The translations under genes and the position numbers were made by a program. A DNA stretch of 64,000 nt from Gracilinanus agilis (Eukaryota). Position 1 is the stretch's first letter. Each line of letters starts with the position of its first letter. The notes under the pieces are model-generated. The model worked only from the letters and a program-made list of their open reading frames with translations. It was not told where the DNA came from and searched no databases. Below, piece by piece: positions 60,420 through 64,000 of this stretch. The stretch lies in the NCBI RefSeq assembly GCF_016433145.1, contig NC_058133.1, forward strand, positions 255,958,801 through 256,022,800. Direction: 5' to 3'.

Positions 60420-60640
60420 GCCACAAGTTTGGGGTCTCTAGATTCCACGTGGACAGTCATTAGGGACTTGCCAGACTTGTGGCCTAGTGAGATCTGATGA
60501 ACCCCAAGTTTTAGGAATGGCTTGTAGGCTGGAGACCCCCAAAGTTTGTAATCTGTTCCCTGTTCCCATGAGAATCCACCCTGAAGGGAATCTCAGGCTA
60601 GCAGTGGCAGACTGAATAATGGACCCTAGGGTAAAAGATA
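60420..60640 (+). mobile_element. LTR-like element, copy D (partial)
   Basis: GAACCCCAAGTTTTAGGA..GCTGGAGACCCC..GAAGGGAATCTC..GCTAGCAGT..CAGACTGAATAATGGACCCT is shared with 58580-58700. Confidence 0.6.
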
Positions 60641-60643
60641 AGT

Positions 60644-60716
60644 GACTCTTTAACACAGTAGGCAGCACATCGATCTCATAAGCTGAAGGCCCTGAATTCG
60701 ATCCCTGAAAGCGGGA
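60644..60716 (+). pseudogene. decayed elongator tRNA-Met(CAT) pseudogene
   Basis: The 73 nt GACTCTTTAACACAGTAGGCAGCACATCGATCTCATAAGCTGAAGGCCCTGAATTCGATCCCTGAAAGCGGGA align colinearly with vertebrate tRNA-Met (CTCATAA loop, anticodon CAT at 60677-60679, TTCGA T-loop). Acceptor and T stems are broken and B-box G53 is changed to A. Confidence 0.8.
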
Positions 60717-61289
60717 TGTGGTACAATGGGAGAAGCTTCTAAGGCAAAAGAATCACTTAGCTTTTTTAGTCTGAAAAAGTCTACCTTATTTTGCTTCATC
60801 TTCCAATCCTCTATCAAATCAAAAGGTTTCATAGAGCTGGAGAGCCAGGCCTGGCCCCTGCCTCAGCTCCCATCATTAAAAGTTGCAACCTCAGATAAAC
60901 CCTGTTTCTCCTGAAGCCCCGAACAGTTTCTAACAGATTAACACAAATCTTGATGGAGCGTGGCATGGATATGGATGACTTTGGAAGACTGGCGCAGAGA
61001 AGGGATACCCCACAATTTTTGCCCCCTCACATTAAGTGGTGCGATTTAACTGGAGAACACATGAATAGAATGAAATAAAACAAGGAAGGTGTATTGGGGC
61101 CAGACTACGGAGGGCCTTAGAAGGACCAGAGGCCAGACAGGGAGCCCAGCTCTGGTCACTGCTCACAGAGGTGGTGGAAGCTGGTAGAATGCTTGAGACA
61201 AAGAATTCTGAGCGGCGGGAGATTCAGTCACAGAAAACGCAAAAAAAACAAAACAATATCAACTTTAAAACCTAAGGAAGCTAGATTTA

Positions 61290-62000
61290 GTTCTATAGGC
61301 AATGGGAAACCATTAAAAGGCTGGTTTGTTTTGTTTTTGGTGGGATGGGTAGAATTAGAGATGAAAGATCTGTCCCTAGGGAGGAATAATGTAAATAAAT
61401 ATGTAAATAAATAAAGGAGAGTAAAGAGGTGCCATTGTGAAGGACAGATAAGAATGGACGTTGTTGTGACTGACCAGGTCATTGGTACTGTGGGCCTCGA
61501 CTACAGTGGTGGCAGGAATAAAAAGGATGAGATTGGAAGGGTGTGCTTTGCAAAGAAGGCATACTTCCCCAAAATGGGGAAGGAAAAGATGCAGAGATGT
61601 TTGAGATCAGTATGATAGAGGATTTTTTTTTTTGGTTTAATAAGCAAGGTTATTGTTCCGACACCGATGATTTTGAAGTATGGGACCACAACTTCTATGG
61701 GGAGTACACTAAGGAATACAGAATGAAGAAGGGAAAAAAAATACAGTTTGAAGATTGCTGTATATCACTGAGGGACTCATTGAAGTTACCATAAATCTGG
61801 GGTGGACCAGGTCAGCATAGGGCCACAACTTTCTCCAGCAACATCCCAGCTTGGGAGGCAGTCATGAGGAGACTGCATGAGGAAGATGATTCAGAATTTT
61901 GGGCATTTGTATGCCCAATTCTAGGTATACAATTCTGGGAATGTCAATGGTCCAGGCTAAGCTGTTGGAGGGCTTAGGATATTAGACTAGACAATGATGA
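61290..62000 (-). mobile_element. antisense L2 fragments
   Basis: The reverse complement near 61750-61820 resembles the L2 'W..FKFM...L..AL' region. Confidence 0.45.
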
Positions 62001-62299
62001 GAGTCCAACCTATGCAGGTAGTCAAGTAGGCACAATGGGGCAAATGGGGAGGGTAAGGTGGGAAAGGCTGAATAATAGTGGATGGATCCGGGTGAGGATA
62101 AAATATGTGGGCAGAGGGGGGGAAAAGTTTTTGGTTTGGTATAGAGAACTCCATCTATATACCCAAAAGTTGTGGTCCCCCCCCTTTTTTTTTTAAAGCA
62201 TACCACTTCCTTTAATAACCTTAAATAATCCTTCAATATTTTCTAATGAATTTAGGAACTTTTGCAGGAGAGATCGAAAGGTAGGAGGAATAAGAGAAA

Positions 62300-62720
62300 A
62301 GCACATCAGAAAACTGATGAAAAAACCCAACTCTTTAAAAGTATAATATTCTCATCTATGAAAGGAAAAAAGGATTTATCCGTAGATATGAAAAAAGACT
62401 TTTGTGGTGGCACCAGGAAACTAAAGGGATGCCCATTTAGCAGGGGAACGATTGAACAAATTATACTATATTGTGCTTTAAGAAATGACTAAAAAGATGG
62501 TTTTAGAGAAACCTGGAAAGATCTGTGTAATCTGAGCAGGAGAGCAGATCCAAAATAATCAACATAATAGCATAAAAAGGAACTGGGACAGTGTGAAGAA
62601 CTCAGATTAATGCAGTGACCAACAACCAGGATCCCAGAAGATGACCAAGAACGCCAACTCCCTTCAGGAGCCTGAAATCTTGGATTCAACCTACAGAATG
62701 AAGATCATGGCTAATTATAC
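62300..62720 (+). mobile_element. old L1 3' fragment
   Basis: GGATGCCCATTTAGCAGGGGAACGATTGAACAAATTATA..CTGGAAAGATCTGTGTAA is the L1 ORF2 end. Confidence 0.65.
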
Positions 62721-63144
62721 TGCTGCATGAACAGAAAAAATTGGCTGGGGGAGGGGGGGGCTTGTTTTCATGGCTCTAATTCCCCTTCTCTCTACAGTTT
62801 CCTGCATAAACACTTTCCCCAATTCAAAAGTTCCATTGGCCTGATGCGCTGGGAAAAGGGGCCCTTCAGAACACATTGGGAAGAGCCAAGATGCTCTTTT
62901 CCAGATGCACTCACTCTTATTAGGGTCCCAGCTGTACATACTCATTTTTTTCCTTTACTACTTCAGTTATTCAAAGCAAGCAATTATATACATGCTTCAG
63001 CTGTTCCTCACACTAGTTTGTCAAGTTTGGCATTTTTCCAGAATGAGAAGACATTGAAATCCAGGACTGAGGAAAAAAAGGTGTCATTTCCTAACCTGTC
63101 ACCTATACCATGCAAAGTAATCAAGGCACACAAAGGGTTTTAAA

Positions 63145-64000
63145 TAAGCTTCTCTTTCCACTGTTTATTATTAATGTACAAAATATACAAAACAAAAAGA
63201 AAATAATCATCCTCAATCCATTGTGGCTCTAAACCTGGGGCCCTGCACAAAACCCGATCCATCCACTGCCGTTTTCACAGAAAACAACTGACGCTGGGAT
63301 GGGGCAAAGGAGAAAATTGGGAAAGGGCAGCAATACTGTCCAGGATCCACCTTGGAAAGGGCCAGGTGGGGATTTACAGAAGTGACTGATGGGGTTGGGC
63401 CTAGAGAGGCCTCACACTGATATGGTTTGGGGTAAGAGGGACTGGAGCTGAAAAACTCTCAAAAGGCAGTGCATGTAGTGTGACTATGTCAGACTTGGGA
63501 TCACTGACATATTGACAGAGTGGTCTTAAGAGTGTTTTACAGAACTCCCAGTTAGTAAAAGGGAAGGGAGGACTGACACCAGGGATCTCACCTATACCAG
63601 CTGAAAAAATATCGGGTTTAAAGAATACGGATGACTTTTGTCAAAAGGTATGAAGGACTGATAAAGCTGGTCTGGGTGCTCATACAAGGCTGCAGTGTCA
63701 TACTGTTAAAAAGGATTCAGAGTGCAAAGTACAGGTCCTGATGTGTATATTATATAGGAAGAGAAAGGAGGAAGGCAAAGCATAGTGTGTTGGATAATTC
63801 ACACCTAGCTCGGAGGGAACCTTCTTAGTGCAGTGAAATAAGAAGGCACCCCTTATTCACATCCCCACCCCCATAAGGAATGAATGAACCTGCTTGGTTA
63901 TAGGATGATTTCACAATAAGTGCAAAAGACACCATGTCAGGGGATTGTTCACATGGGTGACCAAAGATAGAAAGGGTCCATATCTTGCCTATCTTGGTTG
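63145..64000 (-). other. PPP1R10: probable 3' UTR of PPP1R10 (PNUTS); gene body lies beyond the window
   Basis: Minus-strand AATAAA at 63164-63169 within a non-repetitive block. The conserved gene order GNL1-PRR3-ABCF1-PPP1R10 predicts it here. No coding sequence is in the window, so the call rests on synteny and recalled similarity. Confidence 0.6.

Noticed and set aside
1-64000. CRISPR arrays, rRNA or prokaryotic systems
   Set aside because: None seen; the sequence is mammalian, with spliceosomal introns.

Overview
Marsupial genomic DNA, most likely gray short-tailed opossum (Monodelphis domestica). The basis is many SINE-1_Mdo-type, MAR1, BovB-like RTE and marsupial L1 repeats. The window covers the MHC class I 'framework' block. 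It holds three complete genes whose exons I traced by hand through GT-AG junctions with consistent frame: GNL1 (minus strand, 12 exons, 606 aa), PRR3 (plus, 4 exons, about 180 aa) and ABCF1 (plus, 25 exons, 846 aa). The last ~850 bp look like the 3' UTR of PPP1R10 on the minus strand; this call rests on synteny and recalled similarity. The first ~24 kb is intergenic and mostly transposon-derived (L1, RTE, L2, L3/CR1, MIR, SINE-1, one hAT MITE), with a few unexplained stretches. The ABCF1-PPP1R10 gap contains a nested LTR cluster, an inverted repeat and a decayed tRNA-Met. The most striking observation is that the first coding exons of the neighbouring, otherwise unrelated genes PRR3 and ABCF1 appear homologous: 15/24 aa and 53/73 nt identical, with the same phase-1 intron, similar start context and tandem ETS sites upstream. 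This suggests an ancient promoter plus exon-1 duplication. Repeat boundaries are approximate unless a target-site duplication (TSD) is given. Family names and reference protein comparisons are from memory, not database searches.
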